The position numbers were made by a program, and so were the translations under genes. Under the pieces are notes generated by a model that ran no database searches, was not told the DNA's origin, and worked only from the letters and a program-made list of their open reading frames with translations. A DNA stretch of 64,000 nt from Candidatus Thiothrix anitrata (lineage in GTDB: Bacteria; Pseudomonadota; Gammaproteobacteria; Thiotrichales; Thiotrichaceae). Location: assembly GCF_017901155.1 (NCBI RefSeq), contig NZ_CP072800.1, positions 645,283-709,282 on the forward strand, read 5' to 3'. Shown here piece after piece: positions 1 to 10,057 of the stretch (its first letter is position 1; each line of letters begins with the position of its first letter).

Positions 1-1
1 C

Positions 2-1873
2 ATGGCGCGGATTGCCAAGTGCTTGGGGGATGCCGCGCATCGTTCTTTGGATGTAATGAAGTTAATGACTGAACGCCTGATGGGTTTGTTGCGTTTGTTT
101 GCCACGGTTGGTTTGACCTTGATTGTCAGTCTGGTGGTGTATAAGGCGATTCAAAGTGCTGATGTGGTGGTAGTTAAGCCGTTTGCTGTTCCCAAAGCCA
201 TTCAGGAAATCAATCCAGATAGCGGGCGAATTATTGCGACACAACTTGATATTGAGCTTAAAGATGCGGAATTATTGATCTATGACACCATTAAAAATGC
301 AGAACAGGCTTGGCAGGGACGTTCACGTTCTAATGCGGATGAATTGACCCAGATTACCGGCAGTGCGGCGGATTTTTTACTGGGTTCTAATATAAAACTG
401 CCTGAAACGGGTATTTCCATCAACGATGTGGTGGAGTTTATTTCCAGCGTTTTCGGGCGGCGCAATATCATTGGCTCGGTGTATCAGGATCAGGGCAAGT
501 TACACCTGCGGGTGGAGCTTGGCAGTGAAGTATTCGCCTATGAACGCTCCTTGGAGGGTGGGAGAGAGAAGGCTCTGAACTTTGATTTGATTCAGCAAAT
601 GCTGGAGGAAAGCCGTTCGGATTTACTTAGTGCAGCATCGCCACAACATAACCTGTATTACTATTGCTCCGGTAAAACCGAGCGGGTGCTGCATCAGGAT
701 AGCCGTTTTACTCAGTGGTTTGATTATTGTGCGCAATTGAAAAATCCACAGGGTGATATTGAGGATTTAACCCAGTTAATTGACACCCTTGAGCTGCTCA
801 ATGCGGAACGTGAAAAGGCAACGGATGGCAGTTTAATTTTGGGAAATGTTTTGTCTAACGCACTTGCTGATGCGCATCAAAAGTTGCAACCCATTTGCCC
901 TGATTATGAGAAAACCAAAGTTTGCGACCCTTCTGTGCAGGTGGCGGCAGCCGAATCCCCGTCTATGCCAGCACCGGTTGAAGTCGCTAACAGTCCTGCC
1001 ATCATTAGCTTTTTTACCCAAGATGATGATGCCAGTGTTGCACCTTCAACACTGCCTGCCCCCTCTGTTGCTTATCCCGAAGATGATGAGCCTGCTGAAA
1101 TCGTGGTTGCGCCGAGTATCATGACTGCCAACCCTGTTGCTGCTGATAATGCATCCACATCCCGTACATGGATTGCGGTGGAAGAGTTGCGTACTCTCTG
1201 GAGTGAGTGTGCAACGCGCCAAATCACTTCGGCGGAAGTGTTGGCCTCGAATCAAACAGAGTCGGAAGGCACGTTTTTATTCAATAATAATGTGCTACAG
1301 CCAGCGGTGGAAAAATACCGGGAGGCATTGCAGCAAAATTGCCGTAATGCGTTCGCATGGGCGAATCTGGGAGTGTTGTTAACAGGGCAATATCAGGCTG
1401 AAACAGCCGTATTCGCGCTGGAAACTGCCATGAGTTTGAATAGTCGAGCTGATTGGATTCCCAATAGTTTATGTATTGCCCAAGCTTATAATGATAAACC
1501 TGAACGAATGCTGGCGTATTTAACCCAAGCTAAACCGAGTGATCCGTGCAGCGTGGCTCGCAGGATTAATCCGGCAAACCGGATCGTTATGGATAGGCAG
1601 TTTTATCTTGCGGTAGCGGAGCGTTTCTTTACGTTGGGAAATTATGCGCAAGCGGCTGACACCTATCAGCAGGTGGTGAGCGTTGATAAAAAGCGGGATT
1701 GCACCACCAGTAAAGTTGTTAACCGCCTTTACACGTTGACAACCAAACACCAAGTCAAAGGTGCTTGGCAGGCGGCGTGTGCCATTCGCGACAGTGCTGT
1801 GCCATTGCTGGATGGGAAAGTGAGTAGCTGCGAGCCGGAATTAGTGGCGTTGCAATGTCCGGCTACGCAGTAA
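2..1873 (+). CDS. Membrane-anchored hypothetical protein with a Pro/Ala-rich linker and C-terminal TPR-like repeats
   Basis: The 623-aa ORF starts at the window edge (ATG at 2). An N-terminal TM segment (LMGLLRLFATVGLTLIVSLVVY) is followed by a low-complexity PAPS linker and TPR-like helices (NAFAWANLGVLLTGQYQAETAVFALETAMSLN). No family assignment is possible by eye. Confidence 0.55.
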   Translation: MARIAKCLGDAAHRSLDVMKLMTERLMGLLRLFATVGLTLIVSLVVYKAIQSADVVVVKPFAVPKAIQEINPDSGRIIATQLDIELKDAELLIYDTIKNAEQAWQGRSRSNADELTQITGSAADFLLGSNIKLPETGISINDVVEFISSVFGRRNIIGSVYQDQGKLHLRVELGSEVFAYERSLEGGREKALNFDLIQQMLEESRSDLLSAASPQHNLYYYCSGKTERVLHQDSRFTQWFDYCAQLKNPQGDIEDLTQLIDTLELLNAEREKATDGSLILGNVLSNALADAHQKLQPICPDYEKTKVCDPSVQVAAAESPSMPAPVEVANSPAIISFFTQDDDASVAPSTLPAPSVAYPEDDEPAEIVVAPSIMTANPVAADNASTSRTWIAVEELRTLWSECATRQITSAEVLASNQTESEGTFLFNNNVLQPAVEKYREALQQNCRNAFAWANLGVLLTGQYQAETAVFALETAMSLNSRADWIPNSLCIAQAYNDKPERMLAYLTQAKPSDPCSVARRINPANRIVMDRQFYLAVAERFFTLGNYAQAADTYQQVVSVDKKRDCTTSKVVNRLYTLTTKHQVKGAWQAACAIRDSAVPLLDGKVSSCEPELVALQCPATQ

Positions 1874-1884
1874 GTAAGGTCGGG

Positions 1885-3459
1885 TTAATCGCGGTCATTG
1901 GTCGCGGAATCAGAACCATCGTCGTCATGCCACTCCCGTTCACGGGCGGGAGTGGGTTTTTGAATAGGCTCTTCCTGTTTTGGCGTGTGTAGTTCATTGC
2001 GTAAGTCACGTGTCATATCGCTGAGCGTGCCGCCTTTTAATCCTACTTCGCCCAGTAAGGTTTCAATCAATGGTACTTGTGCGCGGTAGCGTAATGCACT
2101 GTCAACCACTTGATCAGCTAAGCTGCTGCCTGAAGAGCCACCACCATTACCTTCGCCACCGCCATTATTACGTCCACCACCGATAGCATTGTTAAGCCCG
2201 TCAATGTGCATGATTTTGATGCCTTCGATATTTTCAATCGGGCGCACACTTTCGCGGATAATATTCGGCAATTGTTTAACGATTTCGAGTTTGACCTGCA
2301 TCGCGATCTGGTCGTTGGAAAGCAGGTTGGAGGCTTCATTTAGGGCGCGTTTTCCAGCTGCTTCCACTTCGTAGCGCAGTTGGGCAGCGGTTGCGGCTAG
2401 GCGTTCCACATCGGCATTGGCTTCCGCAATGATGACTTGCCGTCGAGCTTCTTTTTCGGCACTAATGATTTCCACCACACGCCCACGTTCGGCTTCGGCA
2501 CGTTCCCGCGCAGTGCGGATTTCTTCAGAAATTTTTTCAAATTCTGCCTTGATTTTGTTAGTTTCTATCCATGCTAAAGAGACTTCCCGCTCTAATTCGG
2601 CCTGTCGTACATTGGCCTCTTGCTGTACTTGCTCAATCATCAACTCTTTGTTGATGTTGATGGCTTCAATGGCACGTTGAGTTTCGGCCTCATTTTCTGC
2701 CTTTTTACGCTTGGCATCGTTTTGTGCCTGACTTTCTTCATAATCCAGTTGTTCTTTTTTCTTGGTAGCCTCAAGGTTTTTTTGCTTGATGGCGACTTGA
2801 TTATCCTGAGCGATTTGATTGCGGCGTTTTTCACTCTCAGAAACAACTTGTTCCAAAATGGATAAACCACGTGCATCAAACGAGTTGTTCGCATCGAAGT
2901 AATCCTTATCGGTTTGGTCAAGACGAGTCAAGGAAACGGACACTAGTTCCAAACCATTTTTGCGGAATTCGGCATTGACAGCTTCTTCCACGTTGCGTTC
3001 AAAGTCGGCACGTTTTTGATGTAATTCATCCAATTCCATGCCTGCTGCTACCGAACGTAAGGCGGCGACGCATGGTGCTTCAAATACCAGTTTGATTTGC
3101 GTCTCATCAAGGGTGCGTTTGCCTAAGGCGCGAGCTGCTGTACTGATTGCCTGTGCATCTTGGGCGACTCGCAAAAAGAATTCGGCAGTAACATCCACCC
3201 GTAGCGGGTCTTTGGTAACGAGGGCTTGCCCCATTGCGCGAGTGATTTCAATACGCATAGTTTGCATATTGACCGGTAACATGTCGTGGATCACGGGTAG
3301 TACGAACGCGCCACCTCCCATAATGACTTTTTCCCCACCGAGTCCGGTGCGGACATATGAGGTATCTTTTTGGGCGCGAGTATAAAATGAAGTGAAAGCG
3401 ACAGCCACTAACGCTAACAGGATTAACACCCCGCCGAGTATATACAATAAATCCATCAC
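1885..3459 (-). CDS. yqiK: Flotillin-like SPFH/Band-7 protein (YqiK family)
   Basis: An N-terminal TM is followed by an SPFH domain (VRTGLGGEKVIMGGGAFVLPVIHDM...RVDVTAEFFLRV) and a long coiled-coil E/A/K-rich region, which is typical of bacterial flotillin. Confidence 0.8.
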   Translation of the reverse strand: MMDLLYILGGVLILLALVAVAFTSFYTRAQKDTSYVRTGLGGEKVIMGGGAFVLPVIHDMLPVNMQTMRIEITRAMGQALVTKDPLRVDVTAEFFLRVAQDAQAISTAARALGKRTLDETQIKLVFEAPCVAALRSVAAGMELDELHQKRADFERNVEEAVNAEFRKNGLELVSVSLTRLDQTDKDYFDANNSFDARGLSILEQVVSESEKRRNQIAQDNQVAIKQKNLEATKKKEQLDYEESQAQNDAKRKKAENEAETQRAIEAININKELMIEQVQQEANVRQAELEREVSLAWIETNKIKAEFEKISEEIRTARERAEAERGRVVEIISAEKEARRQVIIAEANADVERLAATAAQLRYEVEAAGKRALNEASNLLSNDQIAMQVKLEIVKQLPNIIRESVRPIENIEGIKIMHIDGLNNAIGGGRNNGGGEGNGGGSSGSSLADQVVDSALRYRAQVPLIETLLGEVGLKGGTLSDMTRDLRNELHTPKQEEPIQKPTPAREREWHDDDGSDSATNDRD

Positions 3460-3575
3460 TGATTCCGCCTTGTCACTGGTTGATGAAATTGATTATAAAC
3501 AGGAATTTGTGCAGAGTGGGGATTAATCGGAAAATACCCTATAATGTACGGCCTTTCATCCAGTAGTAATTTCTC

Positions 3576-4619
3576 ATGACCCGACAATATCGTGCTGTTT
3601 CACTCATTTCTGGTGGCCTTGACTCCATGCTTGCGACTAAAGCGGTCTTAGAGCAGGGTGTTCATGTGGAAGGCATTAACTTTTTTACCGGCTTCTGTGT
3701 CGAAGGGCATACCCACGCTATCCGTAAACAGCACGGCGATAAACCTAAGCGCAATAATTCCCTGTGGGTCGCGGAACAGTTGGGGATAAAGTTACATATC
3801 GTTGATATTGTTGATGATTATAAGGATGTGGTTCTGAACCCTAAGCACGGTTACGGCGCAAACATGAACCCTTGTCTCGACTGTAAGATTTTCATGGTGA
3901 AAAAAGCGCATGAGTGGATTCAGCAAAAAGGCTTCGATTTCATCATTACTGGCGAAGTAGTGGGGCAACGCCCCATGTCGCAACGTGCGAAAACCATGCC
4001 GATTGTTGCTGCTGAATCGGGTGCTAATGACGTGCTGCTGCGCCCATTATCCGCGCATAATTTACCGCCTACCAAGCCAGAGCGTGAAGGTTGGATTGAT
4101 CGTGAAAAGTTGTTTGGCTTCAGCGGACGCAGCCGCAAACCCCAAATTGCACTGGCAAATCAGTGGGGCATTGAGGAATACGCGCAACCTGCGGGTGGCT
4201 GTTGTTTCCTCACCGATGCCAATTACACCGATAAATTGAAAGACTTGTGGGCGCACCGTCCCAACCGTGATTACGAGTTGGACGACATTATGCTGCTAAA
4301 AATCGGGCGGCACTTACGTCCACGTGCTAATTTCAAAATGATCGTTTCCCGCGAAGAAGGCGAAACTAATTTTTTGGAAGGTTATAAGAATCAATTCATT
4401 TGGATCAAAACTGCCAGCCATTCCGGGCCGCTCACCATTTTGGATGGCAAAAATATTAGCGATGATGACATCATGTTAGCGGCACAAATTTCCGCGAAAT
4501 TCAGCAAAGGTAAGCACGCGGATCAGGTGGTGTGCAAAGTGGCTCGACCCGGTGAAAACTTTCGCGAAATCAGTGTCGCGCCGTATCCAGAAACATTCCC
4601 TGATGAGTGGTTGCTGTAA
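3576..4619 (+). CDS. PP-loop ATP pyrophosphatase family protein (tRNA thiolation / MnmA-TtcA-like)
   Basis: An N-terminal SGGLDS PP-loop motif (AVSLISGGLDSMLA) sits with conserved Cys clusters (NPCLDCK, GGCCFLTD). The exact subfamily was not resolved. Confidence 0.5.
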   Translation: MTRQYRAVSLISGGLDSMLATKAVLEQGVHVEGINFFTGFCVEGHTHAIRKQHGDKPKRNNSLWVAEQLGIKLHIVDIVDDYKDVVLNPKHGYGANMNPCLDCKIFMVKKAHEWIQQKGFDFIITGEVVGQRPMSQRAKTMPIVAAESGANDVLLRPLSAHNLPPTKPEREGWIDREKLFGFSGRSRKPQIALANQWGIEEYAQPAGGCCFLTDANYTDKLKDLWAHRPNRDYELDDIMLLKIGRHLRPRANFKMIVSREEGETNFLEGYKNQFIWIKTASHSGPLTILDGKNISDDDIMLAAQISAKFSKGKHADQVVCKVARPGENFREISVAPYPETFPDEWLL

Positions 4620-4648
4620 TGGGCGCAGCCGAACAGTCCTTATTGGTA

Positions 4649-5374
4649 TCAAAACAGGATGTTTATTAACCAAGGCAAAATCACCGAAGCCATAAACGCC
4701 GATAACGCCATCGCTAACCCCGCAAACGCCCCCATTTCCGCACTCACCTGAAACGCTCGTGCAGTGCCAATGCCGTGTGCTGCCACTCCCATTGCGACAC
4801 CGCGCACGCTATCATCGCGAATTCGCAACAGATCAAACCATTTCGTACCAAGCACAGCCCCAACAACGCCGGTCATGACTACCAGCACAGCGGTTAACGA
4901 GGGAATGCCGCCAATGCTTTCTGCAATCCCCATTGCCACGGGAGCCGTGACCGATTTAGGGGCGAGTGACAGTAAAATTTGCGCATCCGCCCCCAATAAC
5001 CACGCAATTCCTACCGCACTTGCCCCGCCCACTGTCACCCCCACCAGTAACGCGACTAATACGGGCAGCCATAATGCTTTCAGTTTACCAAATCGCTGAT
5101 ACAGCGGGATCGCCAATGCCACCGTAGCAGGCCCCAGCAGGAAATGCACAAATTGCCCACCTTCAAAGTAATCCTGATACGATGTATCCGTCAGTAGCAA
5201 TAAAGCAATCAGCAGCAGCACCGCCGTTACCACCGGATTCAATAATGGATTCGACTTCCCCCACAGATAAACGCGGTAGGCCATGCCGTAAGCGATCAAG
5301 GTCATGGTCAAACCAAACAGTGGTGTGGCTGACAGATAAACCCAAATTTGTTCCAAATGCGCATCAGGATTCAT
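4649..5374 (-). CDS. lrgB: LrgB/CidB family murein hydrolase modulator (membrane protein)
   Basis: The polytopic membrane protein carries LrgB signature stretches (GPATVALAIPLYQ, APKSVTAPVAMGIAE). It overlaps the upstream lrgA by 11 nt. Confidence 0.85.
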   Translation of the reverse strand: MNPDAHLEQIWVYLSATPLFGLTMTLIAYGMAYRVYLWGKSNPLLNPVVTAVLLLIALLLLTDTSYQDYFEGGQFVHFLLGPATVALAIPLYQRFGKLKALWLPVLVALLVGVTVGGASAVGIAWLLGADAQILLSLAPKSVTAPVAMGIAESIGGIPSLTAVLVVMTGVVGAVLGTKWFDLLRIRDDSVRGVAMGVAAHGIGTARAFQVSAEMGAFAGLAMALSAFMASVILPWLINILF

Positions 5375-5744
5375 CTGCCGCCCCTTTAGCCAATAAGCGG
5401 TGCACTCCCTGCATTACCAATGCGGTTACCGCTAACGTAATGAGTGTCCCAGCTATCAACGCCACAGTAATGGGCAGCCATGCCTCACCCATGCGGTTGA
5501 TGTGTACCATCACGCCGACTCCTGCTGGTACAAACAATAACGACAAATGACTCAACAAGGCACTGGATGCCGCTTCCACCACTGGCTCCACGCGTTTGTG
5601 TAACAACAAGGTAATAAACAGCAATAACATGCCTAATACCGGCCCCGGTACGGGTAAGTGCAGCAAACGTGTACTGACCTCGCCTACCAGTTGATACACT
5701 AGTAACAACGTCATCCCGTTGAGAAAATTAGCCGCCATACACAA
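5364..5744 (-). CDS. lrgA: LrgA/CidA holin-like protein
   Basis: A 126-aa protein with four TM segments sits immediately upstream of, and overlapping, lrgB. Confidence 0.8.
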   Translation of the reverse strand: MCMAANFLNGMTLLLVYQLVGEVSTRLLHLPVPGPVLGMLLLFITLLLHKRVEPVVEAASSALLSHLSLLFVPAGVGVMVHINRMGEAWLPITVALIAGTLITLAVTALVMQGVHRLLAKGAADES

Positions 5745-5758
5745 ACCCCGGATATCCG

Positions 5759-6592
5759 CTACACATAATCGTCACACGCCACGCTGTGTGGCACAGGATC
5801 GGGGGTGTCGAGCCTAATCGCTGTTAACTGTCCACCCCAAACGCAGCCAGTATCCAACGCAATCACCCGTGCGTCATTGTAATATCCCAAAGTTGACCAG
5901 TGCCCAAATACAACTCGCACCTCCAGCGGCTGGCGTTGCGGGTACAAAAACCACGGTATCAGCGTCAGCTTGCTAATATCAGTCGGCAAATAATCGCGGG
6001 GATTCCCTTTCGCATCAAACTCCAGACTGCCATCCAAGCGGCAATAACGCATTCGGGTAAAGGCGTTCAAAATGTAACGGTGGCGTTCAAATAACGCCGC
6101 GTGCGCGTCCCACTGATCTGGTTTGTCGCCATAAACCTGCGCTAACCATGCATGGGACGTGGGGGCAGCCAACTGTTGCTCTATTTCACGGGCGCAAGCT
6201 TGCGCCGTTGCAAGATTCCACTGGGGGGAAATACCTGCGTGACACAGTGCGTAACCCAATCCTGCATCCACATGCAACACCGGACGTTGCGCCAGCCAGT
6301 GAATTAAGTCCGGGTAATCGGGGGCTTCTACTAAGGCTTTCAGGCTTTTGTGCGGTTTACGTAAACCGTGAAAAGCCGCTATCAAACTGATGTCGTGATT
6401 GCCTAATACTGCCACCGCAGCAGTTCCCAGCGAACGCACCAGACGTAAGGTTTCCAGTGAGTGTTTGCCACGATTCACCAAATCACCAGCGAACCATAAA
6501 GTATCTGCACTGGGGTCAAAACGTAATTTTTCTAGCAGTTGCAGCAGGGGCTTATAACAGCCCTGAAGATCGCCAATCGCGTAAATTGCCAT
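5759..6592 (-). CDS. apaH: Bis(5'-nucleosyl)-tetraphosphatase, symmetrical (ApaH)
   Basis: The N-terminus is canonical (MAIYAIGDLQGCYKPLLQLLEKLRFDP...WFAGDLVNRG) and metallophosphoesterase motifs are present (GNHD). Confidence 0.9.
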   Translation of the reverse strand: MAIYAIGDLQGCYKPLLQLLEKLRFDPSADTLWFAGDLVNRGKHSLETLRLVRSLGTAAVAVLGNHDISLIAAFHGLRKPHKSLKALVEAPDYPDLIHWLAQRPVLHVDAGLGYALCHAGISPQWNLATAQACAREIEQQLAAPTSHAWLAQVYGDKPDQWDAHAALFERHRYILNAFTRMRYCRLDGSLEFDAKGNPRDYLPTDISKLTLIPWFLYPQRQPLEVRVVFGHWSTLGYYNDARVIALDTGCVWGGQLTAIRLDTPDPVPHSVACDDYV

Positions 6593-6724
6593 GCCTTTGT
6601 ATCCTGTTTTGCTCTGAACCCAAAAACCTTAAAGGATTAGGGCGTTTCCCCATATTCTCACAAATTTGGCACTATGCTCACCTTGAGATATTTCCATAGC
6701 TGAATAAATGAAAGGAGAATAACG

Positions 6725-7678
6725 GTGAGTGTAGATATTAAACAATTATTCGATGCCGAACCTCAATCACCCTTGTACGTTGCGATCAATCGGGTGCTGG
6801 TTAAAAACGATCCCAATCTCATGACCATGATGAAACAAGCTAGCTCTAAAATGTGCTTAGCAACGGCACTGACCCCCGGTTTTCGCGGATTTGATCTGAC
6901 TCGCCAGATGGGGGCGTGTCCCATGGGAATGCGTTGGGCAGCAAACACGGATATGGGGCAAGAACTGTCGCATATTTGGATTGATCAGTTCACCTACTGG
7001 GATAGCTGGCAAGCACACGAAGCCTTCCACGAAACTTTTGAAGATGTGGTTGTGGATGCTTGTGCACGTTGCGGCGAAGTACTGCTCGAAGGCCCTGAAG
7101 AACCTATTTATCGCATAGTTCATAGCAGCCTACCGAAACTGATTTCCCAAAATCAGTGGCTACAAAAGCATATGCAGGGTGATGCCGCTGGTTATGCGAT
7201 TGATTCCGGCAAGACGGTGACGGTGATGGCTACACACCGTATCAAGCCGGGCAAAGAAGCAGAATTTGAAGCGGCTGAAAAAGAAACCATGGAAAAGCTT
7301 AAGGAAACCACCGGAATGGTGGGTTACATGATCCTCAAGCGTATCGGTCAATCCACCTTGGGCAGCGGTCATGCGACAGTGGCCTCCATGCTGGAAGATA
7401 TGAAAGATAGCTCAGGTAGCAAGCTTAAGCGTACCGCCGAGGTATGGGAAGGTTACACCCTGCCTGCCGAATATCTGGTGATGGTAGAGTGGGAGAGCCT
7501 GTGTGATGCTCAAGGCGGAATGCCCCATGTGAATGTCAAACCTGAATTGTTATTCATTCATGGCCCTAGGGTGTTGGATAACTGTTTGGCCATGCCTACC
7601 GTGAGGATGTCCACCTCGATGTTCCGTGAGCAAACTTACCGTGAAGTGTTGAATCAGGCGGAAAATGCGATGAGTTAA
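6725..7678 (+). CDS. sor: Sulfur oxygenase/reductase (SOR) homolog
   Basis: The 317-aa protein is collinear with archaeal and bacterial SOR. YVAINRVLVKNDP and KMCLATALTPGFRGF hold the Cys31 equivalent. HEAFHETFED is the H-x3-H Fe site. CARCGEV is the C-x-x-C pair. GPEEPIYRIV and VEWESL...GMPHV are C-terminal blocks. The start is GTG at 6725, with AGGAG 10 nt upstream. Confidence 0.8.
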   Translation: MSVDIKQLFDAEPQSPLYVAINRVLVKNDPNLMTMMKQASSKMCLATALTPGFRGFDLTRQMGACPMGMRWAANTDMGQELSHIWIDQFTYWDSWQAHEAFHETFEDVVVDACARCGEVLLEGPEEPIYRIVHSSLPKLISQNQWLQKHMQGDAAGYAIDSGKTVTVMATHRIKPGKEAEFEAAEKETMEKLKETTGMVGYMILKRIGQSTLGSGHATVASMLEDMKDSSGSKLKRTAEVWEGYTLPAEYLVMVEWESLCDAQGGMPHVNVKPELLFIHGPRVLDNCLAMPTVRMSTSMFREQTYREVLNQAENAMS

Positions 7679-7797
7679 CAGAAAAATCATGGTTTTCTGT
7701 GAGGCTGGCTTGAAATTCTTTTTACTCCATGCTTTAAGATGCTTTACAATCGCCCCCTTACGCGCAGCGACTGCGTTTTTCTTTGAGATTTGGACAA

Positions 7798-9894
7798 ATG
7801 ACTGACTTAACACTTTACCGGAATATCGGCATTTTCGCCCACGTTGACGCGGGCAAAACCACCACTACCGAGCGTATCCTGAAACTCACGGGCAAAATCC
7901 ACAAGCTGGGTGAAGTTCACGATGGCGCAGCCACCACAGACTTTATGGTGCAGGAGCAGGAACGCGGGATCACCATCCAGTCGGCTGCAACCACCTGTTT
8001 CTGGAAAGGTCACCGTTTCAACGTTATCGACACCCCAGGGCACGTTGACTTCACCATCGAAGTTTACCGTTCACTGAAAGTTCTCGATGGCGGTGTGGGC
8101 GTATTCTGCGGTTCCGGCGGTGTTGAGCCTCAGTCTGAAACTAACTGGCGTTATGCGAATGATTCCAAAGTCGCACGTATTATTTACATCAACAAGCTTG
8201 ACCGTATCGGTGCTGACTACTACCGCGTAGTCAAACAGGTAGAAGATGTACTGGGCGCACGCCCAATGCCAATGACCTTGCCTATTGGTATTGAAGACAA
8301 TTTCGTGGGTGTCGTTGATCTGTTAACCCGTAAAGCATGGGTGTGGGACAACTCCGGCGATCCAATGAACTACACCATTCAAGACGTGCCTGCTGATATG
8401 GAAGGTCTGGTCGAAGAATGGCGTGAAAAGCTGATTGAAATGGCGGTCGAGCAAGACGACGATATGATGGAAATGTACCTCGGTGGTGAAGAACCAGCCT
8501 TGGAAGACATCAAGCGTTGTATCCGCAAAGGCACGATCAATCTGGACTTTTTCCCGACGTTCGCTGGCTCTTCTTTCAAAAACAAAGGTGTGCAGTTGGT
8601 GTTGGATGGCGTAGTTGATTACCTGCCAAGTCCGATTGATGTAAACCCACAGCCTGAAGTTGACTTGGAAGGTAATGCTACCGGCGAATTCGCGATTGTT
8701 GATGCTAACCGCCCACTGCGTGCCTTAGCGTTCAAAATCATGGATGACAAATACGGCGCGTTGACCTTTACCCGTATCTATTCTGGTACGATGAAAACTG
8801 GCGACACCATCCTCAACACATTTACCGGCAAAACAGAACGGGTCGGTCGCATGGTGGAAATGCACGCGGACGACGCAAACGCGATTGACTTCGCACAAGC
8901 GGGCGACATCATTGCGTTGGTTGGCCTGAAAAACGTGCAGACTGGTCATACCCTGTGTGATCCGAAAAACCCTGCAACCCTTGAGCCGATGGTATTCCCT
9001 GATCCGGTTATCTCTTTGGCAATTTCACCAAAGAACAAAGCTGGCGCGGAAAAAATGGGTGTGGCCCTCAATAAGATGGTCAAAGAAGACCCCTCTTTCC
9101 GCGTTGAAACTGACCAAGAAACTGGTGAAACCATCCTCAAAGGCATGGGCGAGCTGCACTTGGACATCAAAGTCGACATCTTGCTGCGTACTCACGGTGT
9201 TGAAGTTAACATCGGTAAACCACAAGTTGCTTACCGCGAATCTATCACTAGCCGGGTGGAAGACAGTTACACCCACAAGAAGCAGTCCGGTGGTTCTGGT
9301 CAATACGGTAAAATTGACTACACCATCGAACCGAACGAAGTTGGTGCGGGCTACGCGTTTGAATCCGTGGTTGTTGGTGGTTCCGTTCCGCGTGAATTCT
9401 GGCCTGCGGTTGACAAGGGCTTCAAGGAAAGCATGGTAAAAGGCCCATTGGCTGGTTACCCTGTGGTTGACGTGAAAGTAACGTTGCGCGAAGGTGCATA
9501 CCATGCGGTTGACTCCTCTGCCATCGCGTTTGAAATCGCAGCGAAAGGTGGTTTCCGTCAAACCATGCCAAAAGCTGGCCCGCAAATCCTTGAGCCAATC
9601 ATGAAGGTTGACGTATTTGCACCAGACTCTCACGTGGGTGATGTGATCGGTGACTTGAACCGTCGCCGTGCGATGATCAAGTCCCAAGATACCGCGCCTA
9701 TTGGTGCGCGTATCAAGGCTGACGTTCCACTTTCCGAAATGTTTGGTTACATCGGCGACTTGCGCACCATGACTTCCGGTCGCGGTCAGTTCTCGATGGA
9801 ATTCTCACATTATGCGGCTTGCCCACGCTCGGTTTCCGATCAGGTTATCAAAGAAGCGCAAGAACGTAAGAAAGCGTTGGATGCTGAGAAGTAA
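7798..9894 (+). CDS. fusA: Elongation factor G paralog (EF-G2-type translational GTPase)
   Basis: The G-domain is [22 protein letters not shown]...[12 protein letters not shown]...NKLDR. The full five-domain length is about 700 aa. The ORF track starts at TTG 7783, but ATG 7798 aligns with the EF-G N-terminus. There is no rpsL/rpsG/tuf context, so this is probably a second EF-G copy. Confidence 0.85.
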   Translation: MTDLTLYRNIGIFAHVDAGKTTTTERILKLTGKIHKLGEVHDGAATTDFMVQEQERGITIQSAATTCFWKGHRFNVIDTPGHVDFTIEVYRSLKVLDGGVGVFCGSGGVEPQSETNWRYANDSKVARIIYINKLDRIGADYYRVVKQVEDVLGARPMPMTLPIGIEDNFVGVVDLLTRKAWVWDNSGDPMNYTIQDVPADMEGLVEEWREKLIEMAVEQDDDMMEMYLGGEEPALEDIKRCIRKGTINLDFFPTFAGSSFKNKGVQLVLDGVVDYLPSPIDVNPQPEVDLEGNATGEFAIVDANRPLRALAFKIMDDKYGALTFTRIYSGTMKTGDTILNTFTGKTERVGRMVEMHADDANAIDFAQAGDIIALVGLKNVQTGHTLCDPKNPATLEPMVFPDPVISLAISPKNKAGAEKMGVALNKMVKEDPSFRVETDQETGETILKGMGELHLDIKVDILLRTHGVEVNIGKPQVAYRESITSRVEDSYTHKKQSGGSGQYGKIDYTIEPNEVGAGYAFESVVVGGSVPREFWPAVDKGFKESMVKGPLAGYPVVDVKVTLREGAYHAVDSSAIAFEIAAKGGFRQTMPKAGPQILEPIMKVDVFAPDSHVGDVIGDLNRRRAMIKSQDTAPIGARIKADVPLSEMFGYIGDLRTMTSGRGQFSMEFSHYAACPRSVSDQVIKEAQERKKALDAEK

Positions 9895-9948
9895 TCGGGG
9901 GAAACCCCCACTCCAACCCCTCTCCCTGAGGGCGAGGGGCTAAGAAAA

Positions 9949-9979
9949 GCCTCGCTGGGTAACTGGCGGGGCTTTTTTT
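9949..9979 (+). terminator. Rho-independent terminator after the EF-G paralog
   Basis: A GCCTCGC/GCGGGGC stem with a 10-nt loop is followed by TTTTTTT. An additional GC hairpin lies at 9917..9939. Confidence 0.7.
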
Positions 9980-10057
9980 ATGCGTAACAGAATACCTAGC
10001 ATATCGCAAAACTACGGTATACTTTGCCTACGAAAAACCCAATAGGCAGCCAACCCC

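Noticed and set aside
1885-3459. An NfeD/YqiJ partner gene expected next to flotillin.
   Set aside because: There is no NfeD-like ORF on either side. The neighbours are the TPR membrane protein and the PP-loop ATPase. The flotillin appears solitary here.
6640-6724. A sigma54-like TGGCAC motif upstream of sor (TTGGCACTATGCTCACC).
   Set aside because: The -24 TGGCAC is present. The -12 GC is not at the required spacing, because GG-N10-GC is not satisfied.
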